From NCBI RefSeq assembly GCF_006345805.1, contig NC_043002.1:15810001-15874000 (forward strand): 64,000 nucleotides of DNA, written 5' to 3'. This document shows positions 39,657 to 53,155 of the stretch, one piece after another (within the stretch, counting starts at the first letter, position 1; each line of letters opens with the position of its first letter). The position numbers and the translations under genes are program-made. The notes beneath the pieces were generated by a model that was not told where the DNA came from, searched no databases, and saw only the letters and a program-made list of their open reading frames with translations. Source of the DNA: Octopus sinensis (taxonomy: Eukaryota).

Positions 39657-40650
39657 CGTAGGAGTGGCTGCGTGGTAAGTAGCTTGCTTACGATCCACAT
39701 GATTCCAGGTACAGTCCTACTGCATGGCACCTTGGCCAACTGTCTTATGCTATAGCCTCGGGCAGATCAAAGCCTTGTGAGTGGATTAGGTAGACGGAAA
39801 ATGAAAGAAGCCTGTCTAATATATGTATACATATGTGTGTGTAAACGTTTGTGTGTCTGTGTTTGTTCCCCCCAACATCGCTTCACAATCGATACTGGTA
39901 TGTTTACGCCCCCGTAACTTGGCGGTTCGGCAAAAGTGGCCGATAGAATAAGTACTAGGCTTACAAAGAATAAGCCCTGGGGTCGATTTGCTCGACTAAA
40001 TGTGGTGCACCAGCATGGCTACGGTCAAATGACTGAAACAAGTAAAAGAGCAAAAGTCTATATATATATATATAGTGCGTGTCATCTTGGGCAAGTGTCT
40101 TCTGCTATAGCCCCAGGCCGACCAATCCCTTGTGAGTGGATTTCGTAGACGGAAACTGAAAGAAGCCTGTCGTATATATGTATATATATATGTGTGTTTG
40201 TGTGCGTGAGTTTGTGTGTGTGAGTTTGTCCCCCTAGCTTTGCTTGACAACCGATGCTGGTGTGTTTACGTCCCTGTCACTTAGCGGTTCGGCAAAAGAT
40301 ACCGATAGAATAAGTACTGGGCTTACAAAGAATAAGTCCCGGGGTCGATTTGCTCGACTAATGGCTGTGCTCCAGCATGGCCGCAGTCAAAAGACTGAAA
40401 CAAGTAAAAGAGTAATAGAGTATATGTGTGTGTGTTGTGTGTGTGAGTTTGTCCCCCTAGCTTTGCTTGACAACCGATGCTGGTGTGTTTACGTCCCTGT
40501 CACTTAGCGGTTCGGCAAAAGATACCGATAGAATAAGTACTGGGCTTACAAAGAATAAGTCCCGGGGTCGATTTGCTCGACTAATGGCTGTGCTCCAGCA
40601 TGGCCGCAGTCAAAAGACTGAAACAAGTAAAAGAGTAATAGAGTATATGT
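39490..40650 (+). mobile_element. Cluster of family A SINEs: partial 39490-39620, full 39654-40055, headless 40075-40424, plus a 223-bp tandem duplication of the 3' half to about 40650
   Basis: Repeated family A modules; identical ORF starts at 40244 and 40467 mark the 223-bp period. Confidence 0.9.
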
Positions 40651-41528
40651 GTGTGTGTGTGTGTGTGTGCGTGCGTGCGGGCACACACACATATGAGACA
40701 GAAGTGCTTATCAATCAGTTACATTTGAGTATCAGAATCTCTTTTCCTGAATATTACCTGGGTAGTTTGTTACTTGCGTGCAAATTTTCGAAGCCATTAG
40801 CTTAGAAATGAAGATCGCGTTTCAAGACAATCGGAAACATCAATCTTTATACATGTTCTTAACTGCTTTTGTAACAATTTATCTCAGGAGAATAGGTGTA
40901 GCTGATGCATATCGATAGAGTATTATGAAGTTATTTTCAAGTGATTTGGGTAAATGTTTTGGACGCGAGGGTGTTAGGTATACTACCTTTTAAATCTACC
41001 ATTTTGCACAAATAGAAGTAATCTATACCGTTGTCGAAATGATAAACGCTTTAGAATATAATTGCCTTTATTTAGCAGCTCTCTTGTTTCAGATTTCAAA
41101 TATTACATATGTCTATTTCGTGATATAGTATGCTGTGTTCATTACATGCTTTTACTCAAGTATAATTAATCAACTATATCTGAATTGATTCAAGTGACTA
41201 TAGACAAATATGCACCTTAATTCACTTTATGTTCGGTTAATGTGATTAATTAAATAGCATTTTTGAATAACACTTCTCACTGGCACTTCGATCTATTCAT
41301 GGGAAATGCACCCTGATGGTTTTGCAACCAATCTACGTATACAAAATGAAACATTAAATACTAGAAAATTTTACAAATTTCAACAACATAAATATTACAT
41401 ACTTGCATAATATAATACATTTCTTCACTAAAATATCGAATATTTCATGGAACTAGAAAACACGGTATGCATACATCTTTGCGATTCAGAATATATATAT
41501 ATATATATATATATAATAATAATAAATA

Positions 41529-41996
41529 CAGTGTAATTTAAGCACATAAAAGATGGCCATAACAGAACATCTGACCCGGGAGAAGAAGTAGTCAAATTCC
41601 AAACCACTATTAGGGGTAATTTCGAAAGGCAATGAAAAATAAAAACATTTACCCTCTATTTCCTATACCATGGTTTCAAGCTATCTTCAGCATATAAAAT
41701 AATTTATTTGGCGAAGCTCTAGTCAGTAGGAAAGGCAAGATTAGCATATAAAGACGAGGCGGATTTTGAAAAATTATAACATGTAAACACGATGCATGTT
41801 TTGTATAGCCTCGTCTTGGCTTTTCTAATGTCGAGGCTTCGGCATGTAACTTATTTTATTTGCTGAAGATAGCTTGAAACCATGGTATAGGTAATAGAGG
41901 GTAAATGCTTTCGATAGTGGTTTTGAGTTTAACTACTCCTTCTAGCGGGTCATATGTTCTGTTATGGCCATTTCTTATGTGTTTAAATGTACACTG
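41529..41996. mobile_element. Fold-back MITE of Tc1/mariner type (468 bp, nearly fully palindromic)
   Basis: Termini TA|CAGTG...CACTG|TA. Arm pairs: ATGGCCATAACAGAACAT / ATGTTCTGTTATGGCCAT and CCTATACCATGGTTTCAAGCTATCTTCAGCA / TGCTGAAGATAGCTTGAAACCATGGTATAGG. Confidence 0.88.
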
Positions 41997-42835
41997 TATT
42001 TTTATATGAATAATATATAGTCTATTGGCTATTTTTTGTTTCTCACTAGACCACTGGTAGCAAACAAATGTTCTTAATGTTTTTTTTGCTACTCTGGAAT
42101 TTATGAATAATATATAAACAAAACACACACACACACAACACACACACACACACACACAGTGTCACTATTTTGCAATTTTATCCTGTATTGTCAATCCATC
42201 CTTATGCGCTGACTCTATCACATTCTTTAATCTATTTCTATACTACACAAGTTAATATATAAGGAGCAGCCCATTATTTTGTCTTGATACTGTATCGATT
42301 CTAGACGCACGATTTATTTTTTTGTAAATATCTTAAATTTAAGAGACGAATTACTAATTCTTTTATTGACATATAAACTGTTTGTTTTCATTGTTATTTG
42401 TTCCAGGAATTTAGTTTCAACATTGAATGATTAAAACCCATTCATATAACTTCTACGTTTCTTGTTGATTACTTCATGTCTCCATAAAGACTGATATCTT
42501 ATTTCATTGTTTATATTTCTATGTCAGTTTGACACAAAATATAACACTCCTATATAAAAATGATGTATGTTAGTTTTGTGAACATATATAACAATGAAAG
42601 CATGGATTATATGAAAATTCTAACTTTTAATGTTGATTTCACTCTACATTAAATGCTTCTTCTTTTTTTACAAACTTTGTTTTAATTCTTCCTATTTTTG
42701 AGAGTTAATGCAAATAATTGGAAAAAATAACACATTTGAATATATAATTTTATTTTATTTTTTGCTTCTCATATCTATTTTGGTTGCAGGCACCCACATT
42801 GGTTCCACACACACACACGCATATAAATATATACG

Positions 42836-42870
<35 letters not shown>

Positions 42871-42876
42871 ATTTAT

Positions 42877-43035
42877 GCCGTGCCTGAGTGGTCGAAAAGC
42901 TCGATTCGCAACTTGGTGATTTCCAGTTTATTCCATGGCACGCGGCACCTCTGGAAAATGCTTTCTTCTATAACGGTGGGACCCCACGTTTTGTGGGTAA
43001 ATTTAGACGATAGAAATTAAGTGAAATACTGTCAT
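42877..43035 (+). mobile_element. Old family A-related SINE 5' half
   Basis: GTGCCTGAGTGGTCGAAAAGCTCG...GCGGCACC...TTCTTCTATA...TTGTGGGTAAATTT. Confidence 0.55.
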
Positions 43036-43056
43036 ATATATATATATATGTATATA

Positions 43057-43106
<50 letters not shown>

Positions 43107-44947
43107 TGTATGTATGCTCGCGCACACACACCTTTGTTTTCATCCTTCCAGTACTGCCTAACAATGGGAAATGGTTTCTTTGTGCAACCTGAACATAGTA
43201 GTTCGAGAAACGAGAACGATAAAATAACTACAATGCTTAAGAATATGTGCTGGGATAGATTTGTCACACTAAACTCTTCAATGCATAGCCCCAACTTAGC
43301 CAAAGTCCAGAATCTTAGACAAGTAATAGTTGAAAATATATCGATATACACTTTTCTTAGTATATCTATATAGCACAGGCATAGCCCAGTAATCAACCTT
43401 TTTCGATTAGTGTGTATCGGTGCCAAGCTTTCATCTCTCTGCGTTTGTGGAAAGTGAAGCAACGGCACATTTGTCAGAGCGTTTTCATCTAGTGAAGTCA
43501 GACCAGCTTGATTGCTTTTGGACACTTTCCCATTGCACGCGTCAAGTGGACTGCTGTATGTACTTTACTTAATTATTCAATTAATACTCATTGTCGAAAT
43601 CAAGAGAGAATTCATGAAATGCAGACGAAATGCCTCTTAGTGGACTTCTCATTTTCAGTATATGAAACTGTAAATTGTGATGTGGAAATTGTTTCATCTC
43701 CTACTTGCATTTCATCAAGGAGAATTTCGTTATATTTTCGAATATAAATTTCATTTTCCTTCGATCGTTGATTGAATGTTTAGATGAAATTGCGGTTGTT
43801 CTTGCTCGCAAGTCAAGAGGCTCTATAGAGACTAATCAGTCATTCTAAGTCATCTATCAAATGACAATTCTCTCTGCTCTCTCGCTCTCCTGTCTCTGTC
43901 TGTCTCTCTCCCCACATACACCGATGTAAGCTTCTCTTACTTGCTGTTAGAGAATCTTACATCGTATGTATGTGTGCGCGCGGTCTACGTTTCATTTTGT
44001 ACTAAAAAACAACATAATTCATTCAGTTGATATTAGTTCTGCAAATAAAATTCAGATTCTGAATTAGACAGAAGGCGAAAGAAAGAAAATGCCCTCCAGA
44101 ATACATGGTCTCTGTGTGTGCATGTACATGAAAAACGAACGTGTTTCTCTGTTTGTATACGCGTGTGAATTAGTATATTTTGGGATGCTGAGTACAGATT
44201 TAAAGGAGACTTCATCACAATCTGTTAAGCATGGAACTGATTGCTGTCATTATTGCCATTGAAAATCCTATGGAAAGATATTATTATGATTGCAAATAAA
44301 AGATAATTGACTCCGATATTTTCTATTTCAAACATTCACTCCAAACACTATCATTATTATTTTATTAACTACGCAATGTTTGATTAACTGTCATTGATTG
44401 TGTTACTACCATGGCTGTAGTAGTAGATGTTGTTGTTCATGCCATAATTCCATATCGCGCTATAAATTGGACTGTTTTATAAATTACACCCTTATCTTTT
44501 CGCCTATCATCCACGCTCCGGGAAAAAATGGATATCCCCTGCTGCTGCTGTTATAATTAGTATTAATAGTAGTTTAGGTCTGTGTGCAAAAGCATAACTC
44601 TATGAGCGTCTGAGAAATAACTTGTCATATTTCATCCAACACTTTGTTCTGCGTTCAAATCACACTGTCGTCAAATTTAGTCTTTGTCATTGGTAAGTTG
44701 CTAACAGGAAGTAACAGTCAAGTATTCGTGCTTAGTATCGACTCATGTCGTCTGATCCAAACTACTTGAACTTGAATTAGACACAACTATTATCACACGA
44801 GTTATTTGTTTTTTTAATCCGGATGCTTGTTATAACCGTGGAATTTCCTGCTTCGATATCAGCTGCAAACGGATAGTAGCCATTTGTATCAAGCCTCCAC
44901 CTTGCGTTTTCCATTCCTTTAATCAAAGTGTGCCATTCGCAATATAT

Positions 44948-45546
44948 ATTTCTGTACTACCCACAGGGGGCTAAACATAGAGGAGAAAAACAAGGACAGA
45001 CAAAGATATTAAGTTGATTACATCAACCCCAGTGCGAAACTGGTACTTTATTTATCGACCCCGAAAGGATGAAAGGCAAAGTCGACCTTGGCGGAATTTG
45101 AACTCAGACCGTAACGGCAGACGAAATACCTACTTCTTTATTATCCACGAGGGGCTAAACATAGAGGGGACAAACAAGGACAGACACGGGGATTAAGTCG
45201 ATTACATCGACCCCAGTGTGAAACTGGTACTTTATTTATCGACCCCGAAATGATGAAAGGCAAAGTCGACCTCAGCGGAATTTGAACTCAGAACGTAGCG
45301 GCAGACGAAATACCTATTTCTTTATTATCCACGAGGGGCTAAACATAGAGGGGACAAACAAGGACAGACAAAGATATTAAGTCGATTACATCGACCCCAG
45401 TGCGAAACTGGTACTTTATTTATCGACCCCGAAAGGATGAAAGGCAAAGTCGACCTCAGCGGAATTTGAACTCAGAACGTAACGACAGACGAAATACCGC
45501 TATGCATTTCGTCCGGCGCTCTAACGTTTCTGCCAGCTCACCGCCT
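44948..45546 (-). mobile_element. SINE family B young subfamily, tandem trimer inside one TSD
   Basis: Three units of about 186 bp; TSD GTGCCATTCGCAATATAT at 44930-44947 and 45553-45570. Confidence 0.92.
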
Positions 45547-45547
45547 T

Positions 45548-45629
45548 AATGAGTGCCATTCGCAATATATTAGATGAGACATTAAACAATGAGTGTCATT
45601 CGTAATATATTAGATGTGACATTAAACAA
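45548..45629. repeat. 40-bp tandem duplication
   Basis: AATGAGTG(C/T)CATTCG(C/T)AATATATTAGATG(A/T)GACATTAAAC x2. Confidence 0.85.
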
Positions 45630-46413
45630 AATTCTTCTTCTTATAGTTTCATTATAAAATCAATCTGAAAGTGTTGAATGAAAGATCATATTAATGAAAA
45701 TAATAAAGAAAATATTTAAAAATAAATTCTCGCCATCGGGGCTCTATTTATACTCAGGGCTGGACGAAAAGCAAAAGATCATGCACTTAACATATCAGGA
45801 AAATTACTTTGATAACTACACTGTTTCTGAATTATTGCTTCTTCATTATAGAGATATGACGACCAAGGAAATTGTAATATGAACCTAAAAGCTTTCGTTT
45901 TCCCATTATGTTTACGCCTTGCAATCTGTCTTTTTAGCATTTAGCATTTTCCAAACACAGCAGTTTTATTTATTTATTTATTTATTTATTTTGTACATCT
46001 GTATAAAGTTTGATTGAATAACTGCGTAGGAAGATATGAAACTGCAAGTGTAAGATATGTGACCTTGTTTTCTTAAAGGATACGTCAACAGGAATGCAAT
46101 TTATAACAAATACTCATTTGCCAAACACTCCTTTTGCATTTATTTGAAAGTGGTGTCACTAAATAAAGTTACTTCTAGCAAAGTTGGGAGTTTTGGGACA
46201 TAACAATGATTCACAACATTCAAACGGGAATGAGTTTAATCTAGTGAAACAGGCTGAACATTTAGATTAATATGATATTAATTTTAGTAAGTCACACATA
46301 CCAACAAACATCTTCCCACTCCAAACACACTAGCACCAAACACGTCTCAGCACCCTCACCACACAATTATTAAAAAACCCACGCGCAATTTTCAATAGCG
46401 TCACCACATATAC

Positions 46414-46830
46414 ATATTTCTTTACTAGCCACAAGGGGCTAAACACAGAAAGGACAAACAAGGACAGACAAACGGATTAAGTCAATTATATCGACCCAAG
46501 TGCGCAACTGGTACTTATTTAATCGATCCCAAAAAGGATGAAAGAGAAAGTCGACCTCGGCGGAATTTGAACTCAGGACTTAGCGGCAGACGAAATACCT
46601 ATTTCTTTACTACCCACAAGGGGCTAAACACAGAGAGGACAAACAAGGACAGACAAACGGATTAGGTCAATTATATCGACCCCAGTGCATAACTGGTACT
46701 TATTTAATCGACCCCGAAAGGATGAAAAGCAAAGTCGATCTCGGCGGAATTTGAACTCAGAACGTAGCGGCAGACGAAATACCGCAAAGCATTTCCCCCG
46801 GCGTGTTGACGTTTCTGCCAGCTCGCCGCC
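46414..46830 (-). mobile_element. SINE family B young subfamily, tandem dimer
   Basis: Two units with the same junction as the other loci; AGCGTCACCACATATAC repeated at 46397-46413 and 46848-46864. Confidence 0.9.
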
Positions 46831-47858
46831 GTGTATACCACTATACAAGCGTCACCACATATACCACTATACAAGCAGCGTCACACAAGATTTAACTCAG
46901 TACACACATCACAAAGCATCGTGCACGCTTCCACACCCACACAGGCACATAATACCTGAGCACAGACAATATATATACACACACACACGCAACTCTCATA
47001 CACACAGAACACATTTACCCACAAACATACACTATATACATGCACGCTATTTGGTCATACACGTTCACGCACCACCAGAACAAGCACACATGCGTTAGCC
47101 TCGTACATGTACACACGTACATACACATTATCACGTATAAACACAAGTCCATACGCATATATACACACACTCACATGCTCACGCTCACCCGACATTCTGA
47201 CATACACGCGCGTGCTTGCACACCTTAGATCGTTGGGGGGTTGCCGTTGTTATTATTATATATACAAACATATATATATATACAAACACACATACATATA
47301 TATATATATATACATACATACACATGTATGTATATTAAGTAAATACATCTGTGCTTAGTTTTCAAAGCGATTTCAAGAATGTTCGTATATTTTTCCTTGC
47401 CCGCAATGTGCCACATCTTGGTACCAAAATTCATATCCTCCGTTTCAAGATCTGCCCAGTCTTACATTCCACACATTTCATTTCGCATATTAATTCTTGC
47501 ATCGTAACTAATGAGATACCTGGTTTGCACTGAACCCTTTTCCCTGACTTTTATTATTATTATCTGTCACATCCATTGTTGGATATAAGCACAAATGCGT
47601 TATGTACAATATGTATCTGGACAACTGTTAACGAAATATAACGTGTTACTTACAAAGACACAGAATGAATAAAATTACCAAATGCGAACTTGCATGAAAA
47701 CACGCACTCATACAAGCACTACTTGAGAATTCACTCACCCACATATATTATTCATGTTAACTGGTTTTGTTATATATACTGCAACACTAAGTCCACTTAT
47801 GCGTACCTTTCCTTTATTGGATACCAAACTCTGCTTGAAAACACCTGTTGAGGCAAAT

Positions 47859-48283
47859 GAAATCGAAATCGGAATCAAATTTGAAGTCTGGCATCCGTGG
47901 TAGTGGAGCGCTAAGAGCACCATTCGAGTGTGATCGTTACCAGCGTCGCCTTACTGGCACTTGTGCCGGTGGCACTTGGAAAAACATTCGAGCGTGTTCA
48001 TTGCCAGTGCCGCTTTACGGTTTCCTGTGCATGTAGCACGTAAAAAACACCATTTGAGCGTGGCCGTTACCAGTACCGCATGACCGTCCCTCCACCCAGT
48101 GGTACGCAAAAGCATCCACTACACTCTCGGAGTCGTTGGCGTTAGGAAGGGCATCCAACTATAGAACCTCTGCCAGATTATATTGGAGCCTTGTGCAGTC
48201 ATCTGGTTCACCAGCCCTCAGTCAAATCGTGCAACCCATGCGGGCGTGGAAAGCATACTTTAAACGATGATGATGATGATGAC
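47859..48283 (+). mobile_element. SINE-like family C with internal subrepeats and (GAT)n tail
   Basis: GTTGGCGTTAGGAAGGGCATCCA motif; ends AAACGATGATGATGATGATG; homologous to 29436-29700. Confidence 0.85.
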
Positions 48284-49539
48284 TAAACAATCTTACTTTC
48301 ACATATATTCATATTTCACAATAAACATAGTTTTTGTGCATTCGAACCATAATGTTTTAAGTAGATCATGTGGTAGAACAATGCGTATTCAATACCCCAT
48401 TTTTGTGTTTCCTTCCTCTTAACTACTCTATTCTAAATATTTGACTGTCTTAAGAGTAGCTTCTTAAGTTCGAATAACTTCTAGTTCATGGAGTGTAACC
48501 CTAATGAATACACCTTGTTTTCACTTTAATTTTCATGCTGCTATTTCCGTAAATAGTTTTGAACATATGCGTGCGTTTCCGTGCATGAGTGGGTGTATAG
48601 TGTTTCTTCGCTTCGAAACAATGCATATTTTTTTGTTAATGGAGAAGCCGTTCCTTTTTCTAGTTATTGTGCATGTAAAGCGAAATTAATTTATTTTCTA
48701 TCTGGATTCACACAAATGCATTCAGTTAAAATTCTATTTTCCTTAGTTTTTACGATTGGTTCGTTTTGGAGTGGTTTGTTTTGGAATAATCACACATGTT
48801 TTAAACATGGAAAGGGAAGAAGCAGGCATGTCTCAAGTTCATGCATGTGATTTAAAATCATTAAAATGGGTAGGGAATGATGAATTCAACTTCTGCTGTG
48901 AATCGATACCGTTACATGTAAAATTTCATACCTGCAAATCCTTGAGGTAACAAATAATTATTCTCAGTTGAAAGACAATTTTATATTTCTGATTCTATTA
49001 ATGATTGATAATACTAATGACATTAATGATTAATAATACTACTGGGACATAATAATGTAAGACATTTGGTATATTATAATAATATTTACTGGCATTTCAT
49101 TGTCGTAATATAATATTTTTAAATGTCTATGCCAGACACAAGGCAACATAATTTTAAGCAGGGACAGTCCATTATATCAACTGAACGAATATTAAAAACA
49201 CCGCCCTTGTGTATTGCGAAATACATCATAAAAAGCATGTTGTTCAGTAGACTCCTGCATTTGATATGCGACTTCAAATTAGAAAGGTTTTGATATTCAG
49301 TACATGATTGGTTATTATCTAATCAATCCTAGCAGGAAGATAAAAGTAAATCTCGAGAATATTTGAACTACTATCATAAAAACCTTTATTACAAATGATT
49401 CTACTTGACGCATTACCAAGCGTCATATCTGTGTATTAATATTATTGTATCATGAACATCGGCATAATATTTAAAATATTACTTTGCTGTTACGACATAT
49501 ATTCCAGTGTAATATCTTCGAAAACCTTGTAGTGATCCG

Positions 49540-50076
49540 ACAACGGCGCGCGCTCGCGCACCGCCCATTTGTATTTCGCGCGTGTTGGTGCCTTTACCAA
49601 GGCACAGAAAGGAAGGCCCTCTCGCGCATGCGCGAACCACCGGTAGCACGACCCTATTGCCTACGTAGCAGTTAGCGAGGCAAGGGGGTCGTAAGACGTT
49701 GACTACCAGCGTCCAGTCCTCGGTGACTTGGGAACCAGCGATTGAAGGCGACGGTCACGCGTATATTCTCTCTCCGTCAGGGCTTGATTCTAGCAGCAGT
49801 CGGCCGAAATACCTTTAACCAAATTGTTGCCGACCACATTTCAACTTCCCTGTTCGACGCCATTTTGACCCATTTCTGTTTTTGGGCTGGACATTGTAAA
49901 TATTACAATCTATTAACTTATAGCGGTGCGCGCCCGAACCTAGGACATCAGATAACACACTTTTTGTTATTGTTTACCAAGAAAGAGAATAAAGTAGTTA
50001 TATATATATTTTACGTCTGCGTCCTGTTGTTTCTGACTAGTAGAATTCTGGATTATTAAAGCAACGGCTAGTGAGT
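49540..50076. promoter_or_regulatory. CpG-rich promoter-like island
   Basis: Sharp local CpG/GC enrichment. Perfect palindrome TCGCGCATGCGCGA (NRF1/Ewg-type site, 49622-49635), E2F-like TTTCGCGCG (49574-49582), YY1-like CGCCATTTT (49858-49866), + strand donor CTA|GTGAGT at 50070/50071. Confidence 0.7.
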
Positions 50077-52447
50077 GATTGCTTTGTGCACCCCAAAAGT
50101 GCACGAGGATATTCACTCACACGAAGTTCGTTACAACCTAAAATATAGAACGGAATTTTTCTAGTGAATCGAATCTTTAACATTAGGCCTTAAAAACGAT
50201 ACGAGGAGTACTAGACAAATAACAATAACTGTGAAACGAAACTGAAGATTCAAATCGCAATACTTGGAACTGGAGATCCTTAAACTTATTCATCCAAATA
50301 TGAAGAACATTCACGAAAGGTGAAATTTCTATGAGCTCATAATCCTTAATATAACATCATTTAAAGAAGAATTGTGCAATTGGTTTTGCTTTCAACGACA
50401 ACGTTCTATGGGTCGAGTTCCACCTCTTCTAAAGTTACTCATGCATTTTTTTAAAGATCCATAACATAAGTAACCTTTAAATACCACTTTCTGTACATTC
50501 AATCATTCGCATCCCCTATAAATTTGAGTCCTTTTAGTTATGAAAGAAGCCTCTAAACACATGATAGATAGCTTAGGTACGTAGCCACACATTTGCAGAT
50601 ATATAATGTTCGGAACGATTCTTTAATAATTAAATGAGCTTATTTTCATACTTTGTTGGGTATAGAGAGTAAATTGAAATCTAACGGGAATAAGAACGGA
50701 ATTTTATAGCAACACATTGGTTCTTCCATTCTACTTTTCATAACAATTAGCAGACCTAAAAAAAAGTATTGATTGATCGTGTGATTGTATCAACGATAGA
50801 TTTATCGATTTTAAACAGATGAAATGAATAAGATGCAATGTATTATGTTGTTTTGACAGACATATATTTTGCAGTTCACTTCCCAAATTCAATGTTAGTA
50901 TTGTTGATTAAAGCTATTTTCTCTTTCAGCAAGGTTTTTACACATCATATTGGGAGTCGGAAAATAATCCATAACTGTCACGTTAAACTCTGAACGTGCA
51001 ACTGGTTTTGTTTTGCTCCATAAACAGACCATTAGTATATAACTAAATACATATATGTATATATATATGTATAAGTCTAAAGAAACCATAAAAGAGGTTC
51101 CTTATTATAGTACGATCAGGTAGAATATCCATTGTACGATGAAAATATTCCCGTTACTTTCGCCAAAAAACTTTCAGTTCCTTTTTCCTCACACACTTTC
51201 TTATTGTTAAATTTTATCGCATAAAGCTACTTGTCTCTGTCAATCGAAAACTTTAACTTGTTTTATTTCATATACGAGAACATATGGCGTGTGTATTGTG
51301 TGTATTTTTTATTCGAAGCGCTTTTATTAGTTGTCTGATGTTGGCCGCGTTGCAAATATATTCTCCTTTCTTACTTGAACTTCATTACGGCGTTATGTGG
51401 GTACCGAGAGATTAGATTCATAGAGAGTTGCAACATACACGCACACACACACACATCAAACCAACCGTCCATATTCCCCACCCACAATTCCTGGGCTTGT
51501 CATCAGAGTATATTTGTTAGGACCCCCACTCCATACGATCCCATCAGAAGCAATCAGAATTACATTTTTCAGTTGGATTCCCATGTATGTTTAAATCAGA
51601 ATATGGATATTATAGAACCATATAATTCGAAAGACAAGTTTGACTTCTATAGTAATTGAGGGAACAGAAACCTCGATATCTGAGCATAAAGTACTCTCAC
51701 GGATACTCGGGCGCCTCAAACAATAAGTGCCTCATTTTTTACGGATATGTTTAGAGGAAACACAGACAATACCGAGGCAATAAATGTTTACACAGCCGAT
51801 CAAAAATACAGGTATTTACGTATCACTGAGAAAAAAAGCTGTAAAATATTCCATGTGGAGTATATATATATATTTTTACGAAACTGAAATTTTACAGAAA
51901 GTGTGTAAAAATGTACTATTATGCCCTTTCGTCATAAATTTGACCTTTAAACAAAACTGCAATTCATGTATTTATTTGCGAATATTTTTCAATGAGAATT
52001 TGGCACGCTTTGTGTTCTAATAAATTTCATAATAAACTGAGATAGACATTTGGTTTTGACGCGATAACATTTCTTCTATATAGCTGTAAAATTTTTCTTC
52101 TGTATATAAACTGCACAAACTTACTCTCACATTCATATATATATACAGGATTGTATTTATGTTGTTTAAAGAGAGAGTTGAATCAACACGGAATAAAACT
52201 TGAATTAGCTGTATTATTATCTTAATTGGATACCCTTTTCAAGAAGTAAACAAAAACATAGTGAGTTGAGCTTCACTCTAATAAGTATAAAAAACTTAAA
52301 TACGAAAATCTCAGATTCATATTATCCATGCTTTTTGCGAATAATGAAAGACCAAGCAACATATTACGATGAAGCATTAAAATGTAGTGTTTAGAAAGAT
52401 AAAGAATCATACCATACGGATCTCATTTGCAGATTAGCTGATAATAG

Positions 52448-52484
<37 letters not shown>

Positions 52485-52580
52485 GCATCCATTCATTTTA
52501 ACTTGCCTAAACTGAACAAAACTCATTGAAATTATGCCGCACATGATAAATCCAAGTAAGCTAATATTTGTTTGGTGCAG

Positions 52581-52662
52581 ACTGGATGGGACTGTCAGAG
52601 TATTATAAAGAGTATTATAAAGAGAATTCTTTAAAGAACACCCCGCTCTTTGATTATTGAAG
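52581..52662 (+). other. Candidate non-coding (5'UTR or lncRNA) exon, 82 nt
   Basis: Branch-like CTAAT (52561), acceptor TTTGTTTGGTGCAG|, consensus donor AAG|GTGAGT; stops in all three frames. Confidence 0.4.
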
Positions 52663-52892
52663 GTGAGTTAAATGAAAGAAAATTCTACTTCTAGAAATAT
52701 CTGCAGAGGTGTTACGAAGCCTATATCTTTGTACATCGGGTACCTATGTATATGTATATGGATGTGTGTATATATGAATATATATATATGGCTATGTAAA
52801 AAGCATTCCTGTAGTAAAATTATATAGCACCACCATATGGGGATACCCCAGCATGGCCACACCTCATGAGCTGAAACTAGATCAAATCAATC

Positions 52893-52895
<3 letters not shown>

Positions 52896-52939
<44 letters not shown>

Positions 52940-53107
52940 ATCCAAACATGAAAACACATTATATATATATATATATACAATGTATATATGCATACACACA
53001 CTTATACTTATATACATATATATATATATGTATATATATATATATGTATACATATATGTATGTATACATATATATGTATGTATATATATATATGTATATA
53101 TATGTAC

Positions 53108-53155
<48 letters not shown>

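Noticed and set aside
42968-43525. 185-aa minus-strand ORF
   Set aside because: GTG start, C-terminal part is (TA)n and SINE, no recognisable motif, no polypyrimidine acceptor upstream; a BLASTp would settle it
44948-45546. Regularly repeated units resembling a CRISPR-like array
   Set aside because: Units are whole SINE bodies with no unique spacers; eukaryotic context and no cas genes
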